A stretch of 64,000 nt of DNA from Candidatus Terrybacteria bacterium RIFCSPHIGHO2_01_FULL_43_35 (GCA_001822815.1 MHSR01000013.1:18808-82807), one strand, 5' to 3'; shown: positions 19,453-29,826, numbered from the stretch's first letter. Made by a program: numbers and translations. The notes: generated by a model from the letters alone, not told the origin.

Positions 19453-20727
19453 TTATCGTGAAAGTATTCTCATTATACCATCTTTATTCTTATGCGGGCC
19501 AATCAAGGCTAGATTAAAGCGCGATGGTTTAAAAACGTCCTGGGCTACGGAAATTACATCACTGGAAGAAACTTCGCGTATTTTTTCAATGTAGTGTTCC
19601 GGTTTCTCAATAACATTCTTCAATAGCTCCTGCGTAGCAAGATAAGAGGCTACTTCATCCGTTTCCTCAAGACCAAGAAGAAAGCGACCAACTAGATAAT
19701 CCTTGGCTTTCAACAATTCTTTATGGTTGACTGGTTTTTTGGCTATCAAATCATATTCCCGGCGTATGGCCTCCAAGGCCCTAAGAACTTCGGAGTTCTT
19801 AATGCCGGCGTGCGACATGATGTATCCAGAATCGGTATCAAGAGAGGGCGAGGTGCCTATATAATAGGCCAATCCCAAATGATCGCGCACGTTCAAAAAC
19901 AGACGCGAACTCATGTTGCCGCCCAAAATTGTGGCAAGCACCAACAATGCGAACCTTCGCGGATCACGATGATTAAAAGCTCTGGCCCCGAAAGCGATGT
20001 GCGTCTGGTCGGTCGGCTTGAAAGAAAGCGTTACTTTCGGTTTGGTTTGATCTTCGTAAACCGGCGGTTTAACCGAAGATTCTCTTTTGGGTAAGGTGGA
20101 AAAGCGCCTGCTTATTTCGCGCGTAGTGTGTTTTGGGTCAATATTCCCCGCTACGCAAACAACCGTCCCTAGTGTACCGTAATATTTCTTAAAATAAGCG
20201 AGAATGTCTTTGCGGGTTATATGACTCACGGATTCTTTGGTGCCGCCCACGTACCATCCTGCCGGCTGATCGCCCCAGACAGTCTCTTCAAAAAGATCTT
20301 CGACGAAACGCGTTGGCGTATCAAAATAGAGATTGAGTTCTTCAAAGATTACTCGTCTTTCTTTTTCTATCTCTTTGCCTTCAAAAAGCGGGCTGGTGAG
20401 CATATCTGAAACTATATCCAGAGCCAAGTCGGTGTGTTGAGCTGAGGCTTTAACCCAATAGCCGGTATACTCTTTGGAAGTGAAGGCGTTATGTTCTGCG
20501 CCCACCCCATCCAAAACAGCAGCCACGGCTTCTGTTGTTGGCCGGTGACGTGTACCTTTAAAAAAGAGGTGTTCTAAAAAATGAGAAATGCCGTTTATTC
20601 TTTTCTGTTCGTATTTTGATCCGGCGGCCACGAGAACAAGCACTGTTACGGCTTGAGTTTGCTTCATAGGCGCCAAAATAACACGTAAGCCACTGGGCAA
20701 TTTAGTAAACTTGTATGGCAACATCAT
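19453..20727 (-). CDS. M16-family zinc peptidase (insulinase-like)
   Basis: Inverted zinc motif HxxEH (ISHFLEHLFFKGT) near the N-terminus. 424 aa. Confidence 0.75.
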   Translation of the reverse strand: MMLPYKFTKLPSGLRVILAPMKQTQAVTVLVLVAAGSKYEQKRINGISHFLEHLFFKGTRHRPTTEAVAAVLDGVGAEHNAFTSKEYTGYWVKASAQHTDLALDIVSDMLTSPLFEGKEIEKERRVIFEELNLYFDTPTRFVEDLFEETVWGDQPAGWYVGGTKESVSHITRKDILAYFKKYYGTLGTVVCVAGNIDPKHTTREISRRFSTLPKRESSVKPPVYEDQTKPKVTLSFKPTDQTHIAFGARAFNHRDPRRFALLVLATILGGNMSSRLFLNVRDHLGLAYYIGTSPSLDTDSGYIMSHAGIKNSEVLRALEAIRREYDLIAKKPVNHKELLKAKDYLVGRFLLGLEETDEVASYLATQELLKNVIEKPEHYIEKIREVSSSDVISVAQDVFKPSRFNLALIGPHKNKDGIMRILSR

Positions 20728-20799
20728 AACAAATTTTAAATTTCTAATTTCAAATTAATCATCCGCTTTAATAAACGCCCCAGTGCTATATCGGTGTAT

Positions 20800-21183
20800 T
20801 TAAACATAAGATGGTTTGGGTATAATTTCAAAATATTGGGCCAGCAGAATAAGCACAACAATAATTACAAAAATTATGAAATTAACTATTACAGCTACCC
20901 GAAAAGCCTTGAGCCAAAGACGGGGGTTTTTAAAAATGACTTTAAGATATGCCCCCAAAATAACTGCAAGAATAACTAAGGACGCGGCCAAATTCAGGGC
21001 TTTCTGTAAATCATTATGAACCGTGCCTTGCTTATCGGTGAAATCAAAAAGGAACTTGTGTTCTATAAGAAAACCTCTATTGAGATAAAAAAGTGAAGTA
21101 AGAACAAGGGCAAATATTATAAGCTTGTTTTTAATGACGACTTTTTTAAAATAGTCAACAATTTGCTGTAATAATCTAACCAT
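20800..21183 (-). CDS. Small membrane protein (127 aa), hypothetical
   Basis: Three predicted TM helices. Start overlaps the glyQS stop. Confidence 0.4.
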   Translation of the reverse strand: MVRLLQQIVDYFKKVVIKNKLIIFALVLTSLFYLNRGFLIEHKFLFDFTDKQGTVHNDLQKALNLAASLVILAVILGAYLKVIFKNPRLWLKAFRVAVIVNFIIFVIIVVLILLAQYFEIIPKPSYV

Positions 21184-22478
21184 TAAAATTGTTCGGAAAA
21201 ATAACTTATTAGCTCAGAAATAGGTTTCCGTATCTGCTCCATTGTATCACGCATGCGTATGGTTACGGCATTATCTTGCAAGGTGTCAAAGTCTATCGTT
21301 ACGCAGAAAGGCGTACCTATCTCGTCCTGACGACGGTACCTGCGGCCCACGGTTCCGGCCTCATCATATTGTATTAACCAACGACCGCGTAAACTTTCAG
21401 CCACGCCACGGGCTTTTGCAACCACGTCTTCTTTATTTTTAACCAGCGGCAAGATCGCTATTTTTACCGGCGCCACCTTAGGGTTGAAGGAAAAGAAAAC
21501 GCGCTCCTCTCCCTTCACCTCTTCTTTGCGATAAGCGTCTATGAGCGCCACCAACGAGCAACGGTCCACTCCGCCCGAAGTTTCAATAACGTGAGGCATT
21601 GTACTTTCTTTTGTTTCTTCATCAAAAATGCGCATGTCTTGGCCGCTATATTTTGCGTGATTGCTTAAATCCCAATCCCCGCGATTGTGGATACCTTCAA
21701 GCTCTCCCCAACCCCAAGGATATTCATATTCAATATCTGCTGCAGATTTTGCGTAATGTGCTAGCTCGTCTTTTGCGTGGGGATGAAATTTTAACTTATC
21801 TATGCTTATGCCGATCGTCTCATACCAACTCATGCGTTGTTTTTTCCAATATTCAAACCATTCCGTGTCATCTTTGGGATCGTAAAACCACTGCATTTCC
21901 ATTTGCTCAAATTCCCTCATGCGAAAAGTGAACGGCCCAGGGGTTATTTCATTCCGGAAAGCCTTCCCTATCTGAGCGATACCAAACGGTAATTTTTTAC
22001 GACTTGATTGGGCAACAGAAGAAAAATTAACGAAAATGCCTTGCGCGGTTTCGGGACGCAGATACGCTAAACTTGAATCATCTTCAACTGGCCCCAAGTG
22101 AGTGCTGACCAATAAGTTGAATTTCTTGGCTTCGCCAAGCTGGCCGCCACAATCGGGACAAGCCTCACCGGCATGGTCTTTACGCCAACGCTTGTGACAA
22201 GATTTGCATTCGGCAAGCAAATCGGCAAATCCGGCCGAGGTATGACCGGAAGCTTCCCACACTTTTGAGGACATCATTATGGCGGCATCCAACCCAACAA
22301 CATCGTCGCGTTTATAGACCATTTCGCGCCACCATAAACGCTTAATATTGTTCTTCAATTCAACGCCCAGCGGTCCATAATCATAAGAAGACTTAAAGCC
22401 GCCGTAGATTTCCGAAGATGGAAAAATAAAACCACGGTGTTTAGCCAAAGAAATTATTGTTTCTAAATTCATATCCAT
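21183..22478 (-). CDS. glyQS: Glycyl-tRNA synthetase (class II, alpha2 type)
   Basis: The N-terminus LAKHRGFIFPSSEIYGG...YDYGPLG is diagnostic of GlyQS. Confidence 0.8.
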   Translation of the reverse strand: MDMNLETIISLAKHRGFIFPSSEIYGGFKSSYDYGPLGVELKNNIKRLWWREMVYKRDDVVGLDAAIMMSSKVWEASGHTSAGFADLLAECKSCHKRWRKDHAGEACPDCGGQLGEAKKFNLLVSTHLGPVEDDSSLAYLRPETAQGIFVNFSSVAQSSRKKLPFGIAQIGKAFRNEITPGPFTFRMREFEQMEMQWFYDPKDDTEWFEYWKKQRMSWYETIGISIDKLKFHPHAKDELAHYAKSAADIEYEYPWGWGELEGIHNRGDWDLSNHAKYSGQDMRIFDEETKESTMPHVIETSGGVDRCSLVALIDAYRKEEVKGEERVFFSFNPKVAPVKIAILPLVKNKEDVVAKARGVAESLRGRWLIQYDEAGTVGRRYRRQDEIGTPFCVTIDFDTLQDNAVTIRMRDTMEQIRKPISELISYFSEQF

Positions 22479-22561
22479 GTGTGACTTGAATCTATGATTG
22501 TATCTTGCTTAACAAAAATAGCGTCTTAATAATAAAAAGGTGCTCGAGGGCAATGTAATAA

Positions 22562-24262
22562 TTACGGCTGAACCTTGCCGCCTGAAGATGTATCGTCTGG
22601 AAGTTGCGTGGTTACCTCATCTACTTCAAATTCGCGCATTACACTCGTGAAAACATCCCGTCCGGTAACCTTGGCGCTCAAAACCAGCGGCACAAATTTA
22701 TCTATATCTTGAAAGCTGGGTATAAAACTTATCCTGAAGGAGAGTTCTCGTGGTTCACTTTTAATACCGATTCCCGCAGGCAGATCCCCGATGTTCCAGC
22801 GCAACTCGCGAGTGTTTTGATCCCAGATGATGGGTTCGTCTTCCGGGAAAAGTACGGCCACAAAATTTACTTCAGGAGCCAAAACTCCTCGCACGGTAAC
22901 ATTCTGCATGCCATTGGTGCCGCCGATAACATCCCAAACAACCGTATAGGTTGTGGTTTGTCCGACTCGCGGAGGCACGGGACCAGAATTTTGTCCGCCC
23001 GGAGCGTTGTTATACAGCACGCCCTGATTCAATATAAGCTTGCCGTTTATCCTGACCTCGTTGTTGGTGTCACCTAATTTTAATCCTCCGCTTTCGGCGT
23101 AAGAGCGGACGATAAACTTAGGGTTACGATCGTCTAAGGTGTTGAAGGGCGGGTTATTCAATATTCTACCTTGGAATATGAACTCTTTTTGCGCACCGGG
23201 ATTTATTGATCTCAAATCTAAAACCGTCGTTCCGTCAAAAATCCATTTTTCGCTGTCTTGCGATACCGATGTTTCTGTGGCGCGCAAACTGTTTATCTGA
23301 AAATATTTATCTGGTAAGAAGACGGTTAAAACCGTATTTTTAATAACTGTATTCGTGGTGTTGGTAATAAGCACCTTAAGATCAAAAGTCTCGCCAGGGT
23401 CAATTGCGGTGACTGCCGGATTGATAGCGCCCTGGAGGCGCTGGGATATTAAAAGCGATGAAATTGTCGGCCTTATTGTCTGGTTTTCTTCTTTGAAGGT
23501 TTGTATCAATCTTGAATGATCTTCACTTAATTGTCCCACCTTGAGTACGAAATCTCCGCCGGGCGCGCCGGGAGTAAATTTGCCCGTTATTGATATTTCT
23601 CCGGTGCTTACGGGATCAATAGTACCTAAATCCCAAAGACGGTAATTTTCGGAGGTTGTTTCTGGGGTACTGGAAACAAATTCAAACCCTTCTGGCTCAT
23701 CAAGCTGAAGGCCGATATTGGAGATAGGAATCTGCGCTTTGGATTCCCATGAAACTCTAAGGGTAAATTCTTTTCCTGGTGAAGGAACTTCGGGTATAGA
23801 AAGAGCTATATCAATCGGCAAAGACACGATTTTTATAGTTCTAGTTGCCTCTTTGCTGAATCTAAGCGACACAGCTTGCGTGCGGAAAGATAGTTCCGCT
23901 TTGGGCGTTATATCCCCACCGGGCAAAGTCGTGATCACCATACTAAAAGCAAAGGTTTTCTTTTCTCCAGGTGCCAATGCCGCAACACCGTCATTTTTTA
24001 CCCGTATGTTTGGGTCATCAGGGGCTTCGGTGCCGCTTGGATAAATAAAGGCCACGCGTACGTCTTGGAGCGCGGTGTCGGAGTTATTGATAACCACGGC
24101 ATAAATATCATGCTTCTCGCTGGAATCCACCGCCTGCTCGCTGACAATACTGAAGTCTATGCGATCTGTGCTAAAAAAAAGAAGCTGCGAGGCCGTAAAG
24201 GCGCCGCCGATAAACAATGAAACTATGCCTATAATTAATAAGGTTTTTGTCCGAGAGAACAT
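22562..24262 (-). CDS. Large secreted or cell-surface protein, hypothetical (signal peptide, beta-rich)
   Basis: N-terminal signal/anchor (MFSRTKTLLIIGIVSLFIGGAFTASQ). An alternative upstream start exists at 24289. Confidence 0.5.
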   Translation of the reverse strand: MFSRTKTLLIIGIVSLFIGGAFTASQLLFFSTDRIDFSIVSEQAVDSSEKHDIYAVVINNSDTALQDVRVAFIYPSGTEAPDDPNIRVKNDGVAALAPGEKKTFAFSMVITTLPGGDITPKAELSFRTQAVSLRFSKEATRTIKIVSLPIDIALSIPEVPSPGKEFTLRVSWESKAQIPISNIGLQLDEPEGFEFVSSTPETTSENYRLWDLGTIDPVSTGEISITGKFTPGAPGGDFVLKVGQLSEDHSRLIQTFKEENQTIRPTISSLLISQRLQGAINPAVTAIDPGETFDLKVLITNTTNTVIKNTVLTVFLPDKYFQINSLRATETSVSQDSEKWIFDGTTVLDLRSINPGAQKEFIFQGRILNNPPFNTLDDRNPKFIVRSYAESGGLKLGDTNNEVRINGKLILNQGVLYNNAPGGQNSGPVPPRVGQTTTYTVVWDVIGGTNGMQNVTVRGVLAPEVNFVAVLFPEDEPIIWDQNTRELRWNIGDLPAGIGIKSEPRELSFRISFIPSFQDIDKFVPLVLSAKVTGRDVFTSVMREFEVDEVTTQLPDDTSSGGKVQP

Positions 24263-24387
24263 GATGGAAGCTAAAAACGTAAAGTGCAAAACGAAAAATA
24301 ACTAAACGCGCGAAACGCTTTTGGCTATGCTTTAATTTTTTCGATATTCTTTTGCGCTTTTCGCTTTAAGCTTTACGCTATTGTAGA

Positions 24388-25149
24388 TTATACCACACGC
24401 TCTAAAAACCATGACACCGCAACTGGATTTGCTTCAACAAAGAAATCTTCTTTAAAAAGAAAGGTTATTAAGACTTTGTCCAAATGCTCGTAAACATGCT
24501 CCGGGATCTGGCCCGATATCCCTTCGTCCATAATGCGTTGAAGCGCGTATAGATCCTCTTTATCCAGTAAACATGAAGACGATTTCTCGCAGGAGCGACA
24601 TAAAATCTCGCCTGAAAAGTTAAAAACCGCACCGTCTTCAAATGATTGTTGGCACTGCGGGCATTTTTCAGATAAAACAAAGACCCCGGACATTTTAAGC
24701 ATTGACCAGAAAAACCTCTGCACGATTACCCAACATTTACGATCGCCTTGCCCGGCTTCAGTTCCAGAAAAAAACTGGGGCTGGGTGATCGCCCGAAAAG
24801 AAGCCAAAATGGTCAAAAACATGCGCTCGTCTTTTTCCGGCTGGACAACCAAAACGTCAATGATAAATGTTAAAAGTGTTGCGGCAAAAATATCTTTATA
24901 GCCAGACTCGCGCGTTATGAATGTCTCGATAGTTTTGGCGCCAGTAAGCAAAAGGTTGTTTTTGCCGCGCACAAAAGATAGTTCAACCAAAGAATAGGGC
25001 TGAAGGTCGGGGCGCAATTTCGCTTCCATCTTGCGTGCGCCTTTAGCCATAAAAGTCATTTTACCGAAAAGTTCAGTGTAGACGGTGGCCAAAATATCCG
25101 CTTCGCCGGATGTTTCGATTTTAATTATTATTGCGCGCGTTGAATCCAT
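24388..25149 (-). CDS. recO: DNA repair protein RecO
   Basis: N-terminal OB-fold-like region and a C-terminal CxxC...CxxC zinc finger (CPQCQQ...CRSC). Start taken at the internal Met (MDSTRAIIIKIE). Confidence 0.6.
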   Translation of the reverse strand: MDSTRAIIIKIETSGEADILATVYTELFGKMTFMAKGARKMEAKLRPDLQPYSLVELSFVRGKNNLLLTGAKTIETFITRESGYKDIFAATLLTFIIDVLVVQPEKDERMFLTILASFRAITQPQFFSGTEAGQGDRKCWVIVQRFFWSMLKMSGVFVLSEKCPQCQQSFEDGAVFNFSGEILCRSCEKSSSCLLDKEDLYALQRIMDEGISGQIPEHVYEHLDKVLITFLFKEDFFVEANPVAVSWFLERVV

Positions 25150-25468
25150 AAGAAAAGCGTAAAGTGTAAAACGAAAAGCGCAAAACAACAATGCAAAACT
25201 CAAAATAGATTAGTAAATCTACCGTTACCACTAATTTTCTTATATTTCTATACAAATTGAAAGGCCTCGCGTAGAAGAATTCTGTTTTGGTTGAGCGCTG
25301 TAATGGAAGCCGGTTAGCTGGCGGGCGAGTTCGTGAGCGTCATTAAGGCGAAGACCGAATTGGCCGGAACGGCTGTATAAATGGAGGGATCCCTTGCAGA
25401 CGCGAACGAATACGCCCGCCTGATAATTTATTTTCCTTAATACGTGAGCGTTAAGCGAAACCAAAATC

Positions 25469-28400
25469 TTATTTCGTCTTTCTAATCCCAATCCATATTT
25501 TACTGTCGCCAAGTGAAAACTCCCGTTCAATGATAAATGTTTCGTTCTTGCGCTTCTCCCCCGTCTCCACCCGTTTGGCATAAACATCTTCTTTTATTTC
25601 CTGCGCGCGCTCCATAATATCGCGTCCAAAGTTTTCACTGGCCCAAATGCGTAAAGTTATCCTCTCTTTTGGTTTCAAACCGGCATCTTTGCGAGTGTTT
25701 TGTATCTGCCGTACAAGCTCGCGCATGGCGCCAAGCAACATGAGGGTAGGCGTTATGTGTATATTCAGAGCCATACCTTGTTCGGTATCACGAAGCCATT
25801 CTTGCCCATCTGGCAAAGAAGAAAGTATAGCCACGCTGCCAACGTTCATTTCTTCACAAAGAACTCTAAAAAGACCCTTATCTAATTTTTCTTTATTGGC
25901 GACTTTGGCCGTAAGAACCAGGGACGAAAGCGGCTGGCGCACTTTATGTCCGCTTTGAGCCCTTAGTTTAAGCGCAATCTGAATTTTGGCGCGCAAAGCC
26001 TCCATACTTTTTTCAAGTTTGGAATTTTGGGTTTTTTTATTTATTTGAGGCATGCGCTCAAGATGCACCGAAGCCTTAAGCCCCAAGCCCAGCCATAACT
26101 GCTCGGCAACAAACGGAGCAAACGGGGCGGCCAGCAAAGCGGTTTGTTTCAAAACAAAACTAAGAACTTCTGTCACCTGGACAAGCTCTTTTTTATTTTT
26201 GGGATGCTGAAATCTTTCGCGCGAGCGTCTAATATACCAGTTGGACAGGTCATCAATCACAAAAGCGCTTAAAGCACGTGTGGCGGCGGTGATATCATAA
26301 TTATCCATGCGCTTAATAATCTGTTCGCTTGCGGTGGCAAGACGCGATAATATCCATTTATCAAGAATATCGGTTGACGCTGGCGCTTTCGTATTTTTTA
26401 GCGCGCTAGCGGCGTAAAGCTTAAAAAAGGATAGAGAATTCCAGAGCGTACCCAAAAATTTCTGCTGCGCGTCTTTAAGTTCTTCTTCGTTGAAGCGCTT
26501 AGTGTCTGACGGGTGATTCATGGTGTAGAAATACCAACGTACGGCATCGGCCCCGTAAAGATCGGTCATATCCCACGGGCTTATCGCATTGCCCAGAGAC
26601 TTGGACATTTTTTTGCCATTTTTATCTACCACGTGACCGGTCACAACAACATTCTTATACGGCGTGCTTTTGCCGAGCAAAACAGAAACAGCCATGAGGG
26701 TATAAAACCATCCGCGCGTTTGATCTACGGCCTCGCAGATGAAATCAGCCGGGAAAGAAAGAGCTTTTTTATTTCCGCTCTTCTCAACGCGGTTTTTATT
26801 TTCAAAAGGATAATGCCACTGGGCAAAAGGCATGGCACCGGAATCAAACCAGACATCAATTACTTCACTCACCCGTTTCATAGGATGCGCGCACTTTTTA
26901 CACGCAAAAGTCAGGTCATCAACAAAAGGACGGTGCAGATCCAAACGGCCAGTATCGTCTGAAGGCGGCATTGAAGAAAGGATTTTTTCTTCTTTAGCAA
27001 AATCGGGATATGTCAGTTTGGGCGTACCGGCTTTTTTTGTCTTGAGATACGGCTCAACATATTCTTTATCCTCCGCGCCAAGCAAAATACCCTTAAGCAG
27101 CAGTAAGGGATCGCCGTGCCCAACCAACACAATGGTTTTATCGTTATAGATTTTCTCGAGATTCTGTATAAAATAATACATGCGGTTTCTAAGATCGAAC
27201 CAATTTTCGCCATTTAATGGCTTTTTGTGCCAGCGTTCGCCTGGCTTGTGTTCCAGGAAATCGTGATATTCTTTTATCGGCATGCTGTTGAATGCTCCCA
27301 AATCAAACTCGCGCAGTTCTGTTTCTTTTTTGGGCTTGATACCGCACGCTTTCCCCATAATTTCCGCCGTATCATTTGCCCTTTGAAGTGGTGAGGTGAA
27401 AATAATATCTGGTTTGATCCGCGCAATTCTTTTTGCGGCAGCGCGAGCCTGTTTTATACCGCGAGCGGTCAATGGATTACGTTTGTTTTCGGGCCAAGAA
27501 GAAACCCAACCCTGTACATTAGCCCTGGCTTGGGCATGACGAACCAAAATATATTTATTTTTTGTCTGTGAACGGGACAAAAGCTCTTTTATTGAGCCGA
27601 TGACTTCAGTTTGACCACATTGTTCGCATTTCCAAACAGGCAGTGGTATGCCCCAGTAGCGCTCGCGCGATATTGCCCAATCCTTAACTTCGTTCAGCCA
27701 CTCTCCGAATCTACCTCTTTTTATGTGTTCCGGTACCCAATTTACTTTTTCATTAGCTTCGCGGAGCTGTTTGCGCAATGCCGACATGCGTATGAACCAA
27801 CTTTGGCGGGCGTAATAAAGTAGTGGAGTTTTGCATCGCCAACAGAAAGGATAATCGTGAGTATAAAGTTCTTCCTTTAAAATAAGGTTGCGCTGATGTA
27901 AATATGAATTTATCACTATTTCTGCTTCTTTTGATTTGACCGGCAAGCCCGCCAGACCAGCATTAACCGTGTTCAAAAATCTTCCGTCCTCGCCTACTGT
28001 ATGGACTTTCGGCAAGCCAATCTTTGAGCCCAAATTATAATCGTCCTCGCCATACATGACCGCGGTATGAACTACGCCGGTGCCGTCTTCAGTGGTCACG
28101 AAATCGGCGGCATAAACTTTATGACTTTTTTCGTTTTTGGTTTCTGGGATATCAAAAAGGGGTTCATATTCAAGCCCCACTAACCTTGAACCCTTAATTT
28201 CGGCTAAAATATTTAACGGCTCTTTAAATAAACGCGCTGCGGCATCTTTAGCCAAAATATAAACTTCACCGCTGCCAACCTGCGCTTGTACGTAATCTAT
28301 GTCGTTGTTTACAGCCAAAGCCACGTTACCCGGCAAGGTCCAAGGAGTTGTAGTCCAACTTAATATGTAAGTATGTTTTTTGTCTTTTATTCTAAATTTA

Positions 28401-28999
28401 ATATAAACCGAATTTTCGGTGACCGATTCATATCCTTGAGCAACTTCGTGCGAAGCCAAAGCCGTACCACAGCGCGTACAATAAGGCACGACCTTAAAAT
28501 CCTGCTCCAATAATTTTTTATTCCATATCTCTTTTATTATTCGCCAAACGCTTTCTATGTAAGAATTATCGTAAGTAACGTATGGATCTGTAAGATCCAA
28601 CCATAAGCCTATACGCTCGGTTAAGCGCTGCCATTCATCTTTATAGCGCCATACGGATGCTTTGGCTTTCGCGTTAAACTCGGCAATGCCATAATCTTCA
28701 ATTTCTTGCTTGGTTTTGAAGCCCAATTCTTTCTCAACTCCAATTTCAACCGGCAAGCCATGTGTATCCCAACCGGCTTTACGCTCAACCAAAAAACCTT
28801 GCATGGTTTTGTAACGCAAAAAAGCATCTTTGATTGCGCGAACCAAAACATGATGTATACCTGGCTGGCCGTTGGCTGTGGGCGGACCTTCAAAAAAAAC
28901 AAAACGCGGTGCGCGGGCGCGCCTCTTTAAACTTTTGGCAAAGATTTTATTATCTTCCCAATATCTAAGTATTTCTTTTTCTTGTTCGGCAAAGTTCAT
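25469..28999 (-). CDS. ileS: Isoleucyl-tRNA synthetase with an inserted histidine-phosphatase-like domain
   Basis: The N-terminal class I signature region reads ...GIHHV..., and WAISRERYWG, KMSKSLGN and the anticodon-binding domain are all present. Total length is 1176 aa, including an extra domain at aa 482-660. Confidence 0.9.
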   Translation of the reverse strand: MNFAEQEKEILRYWEDNKIFAKSLKRRARAPRFVFFEGPPTANGQPGIHHVLVRAIKDAFLRYKTMQGFLVERKAGWDTHGLPVEIGVEKELGFKTKQEIEDYGIAEFNAKAKASVWRYKDEWQRLTERIGLWLDLTDPYVTYDNSYIESVWRIIKEIWNKKLLEQDFKVVPYCTRCGTALASHEVAQGYESVTENSVYIKFRIKDKKHTYILSWTTTPWTLPGNVALAVNNDIDYVQAQVGSGEVYILAKDAAARLFKEPLNILAEIKGSRLVGLEYEPLFDIPETKNEKSHKVYAADFVTTEDGTGVVHTAVMYGEDDYNLGSKIGLPKVHTVGEDGRFLNTVNAGLAGLPVKSKEAEIVINSYLHQRNLILKEELYTHDYPFCWRCKTPLLYYARQSWFIRMSALRKQLREANEKVNWVPEHIKRGRFGEWLNEVKDWAISRERYWGIPLPVWKCEQCGQTEVIGSIKELLSRSQTKNKYILVRHAQARANVQGWVSSWPENKRNPLTARGIKQARAAAKRIARIKPDIIFTSPLQRANDTAEIMGKACGIKPKKETELREFDLGAFNSMPIKEYHDFLEHKPGERWHKKPLNGENWFDLRNRMYYFIQNLEKIYNDKTIVLVGHGDPLLLLKGILLGAEDKEYVEPYLKTKKAGTPKLTYPDFAKEEKILSSMPPSDDTGRLDLHRPFVDDLTFACKKCAHPMKRVSEVIDVWFDSGAMPFAQWHYPFENKNRVEKSGNKKALSFPADFICEAVDQTRGWFYTLMAVSVLLGKSTPYKNVVVTGHVVDKNGKKMSKSLGNAISPWDMTDLYGADAVRWYFYTMNHPSDTKRFNEEELKDAQQKFLGTLWNSLSFFKLYAASALKNTKAPASTDILDKWILSRLATASEQIIKRMDNYDITAATRALSAFVIDDLSNWYIRRSRERFQHPKNKKELVQVTEVLSFVLKQTALLAAPFAPFVAEQLWLGLGLKASVHLERMPQINKKTQNSKLEKSMEALRAKIQIALKLRAQSGHKVRQPLSSLVLTAKVANKEKLDKGLFRVLCEEMNVGSVAILSSLPDGQEWLRDTEQGMALNIHITPTLMLLGAMRELVRQIQNTRKDAGLKPKERITLRIWASENFGRDIMERAQEIKEDVYAKRVETGEKRKNETFIIEREFSLGDSKIWIGIRKTK

Positions 29000-29192
29000 A
29001 TCAGACCTATTATTGTAATAATTTTACCATACTAGGTAGTAGAAGTTCGACTAAAAATTAGTGGGGTTAAAGAATTGATCAATAAGAGCGTTGGTTTTTA
29101 TCTTTACTGTTAACAGTGAATTATAGCTCAATAACGCGCTGTTCGCACTTGGCGAACGGTCGAACTTTCACTACCTGGCACAGAAAGCAAAA

Positions 29193-29215
29193 AGCCTGGT
29201 ATTGTCAGGCTTTAT
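29193..29215. terminator. Intrinsic terminator downstream of the lipoprotein gene (minus strand)
   Basis: AAGCCTG-loop-CAGGCTT followed by a T-run on the minus strand. Confidence 0.55.
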
Positions 29216-29233
29216 TATTAATAGGCTAAATTA

Positions 29234-29824
29234 TTAGTTTCTCCACCCGCTTTTTGGACGAGATTCAATGGTTATAAGATCATCTGGCGCCACAAGATAG
29301 TATGTGGAATAACGCTGAAGATTTGCATTGAAGCTGTATATCGAAACAGAAGTCATCTCTAAAACAGAATCGCTAAAAGAGGTGTTGGCCCAAATAGAAC
29401 GCGGTTGGTGGTGAGTGTAAAAAACTGTTTTGGTTCCGTCTTCATGGATCCAGGTTACGCGCCATTCAAAATCATTTGGATCGCTGGCATCGCCAGAAGC
29501 TGGCTGCTTATTGATCTCAACGCTGTGGGTGGGATCTACATTAATAGTAAGGGTATTGTAAATATTATTTGTAAGCACTACGCCGTTGGCTTCGCGCGCG
29601 TTGGCCAGAACAACTTGCGGGTCTCTACCCTGCACAAAAACCGGTTCGCTATCGGTATAGTAATCAAATGCCTGAACGTTGCCTTGATTGTAATAAACGT
29701 GCCAAGTATATTCTTGGGCGCTAGAATGCTGACCGTCACCTAACTCAATATCTCCTACGCCAGAGGCACATGAAGCCACCAGAAAAGTTAGCGGTATAAC
29801 TAACAAGGCCGCAATCCGTTTCAT
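29234..29824 (-). CDS. Lipoprotein, hypothetical
   Basis: Lipobox LVASC after a signal peptide (MKRIAALLVIPLTFLVASCASG). Confidence 0.55.
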   Translation of the reverse strand: MKRIAALLVIPLTFLVASCASGVGDIELGDGQHSSAQEYTWHVYYNQGNVQAFDYYTDSEPVFVQGRDPQVVLANAREANGVVLTNNIYNTLTINVDPTHSVEINKQPASGDASDPNDFEWRVTWIHEDGTKTVFYTHHQPRSIWANTSFSDSVLEMTSVSIYSFNANLQRYSTYYLVAPDDLITIESRPKSGWRN

Positions 29825-29826
29825 TA

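Noticed and set aside
25240-25587. 115-aa minus-strand ORF
   Set aside because: Overlaps the ileS 3' end and a repeat-containing intergenic region. No support.
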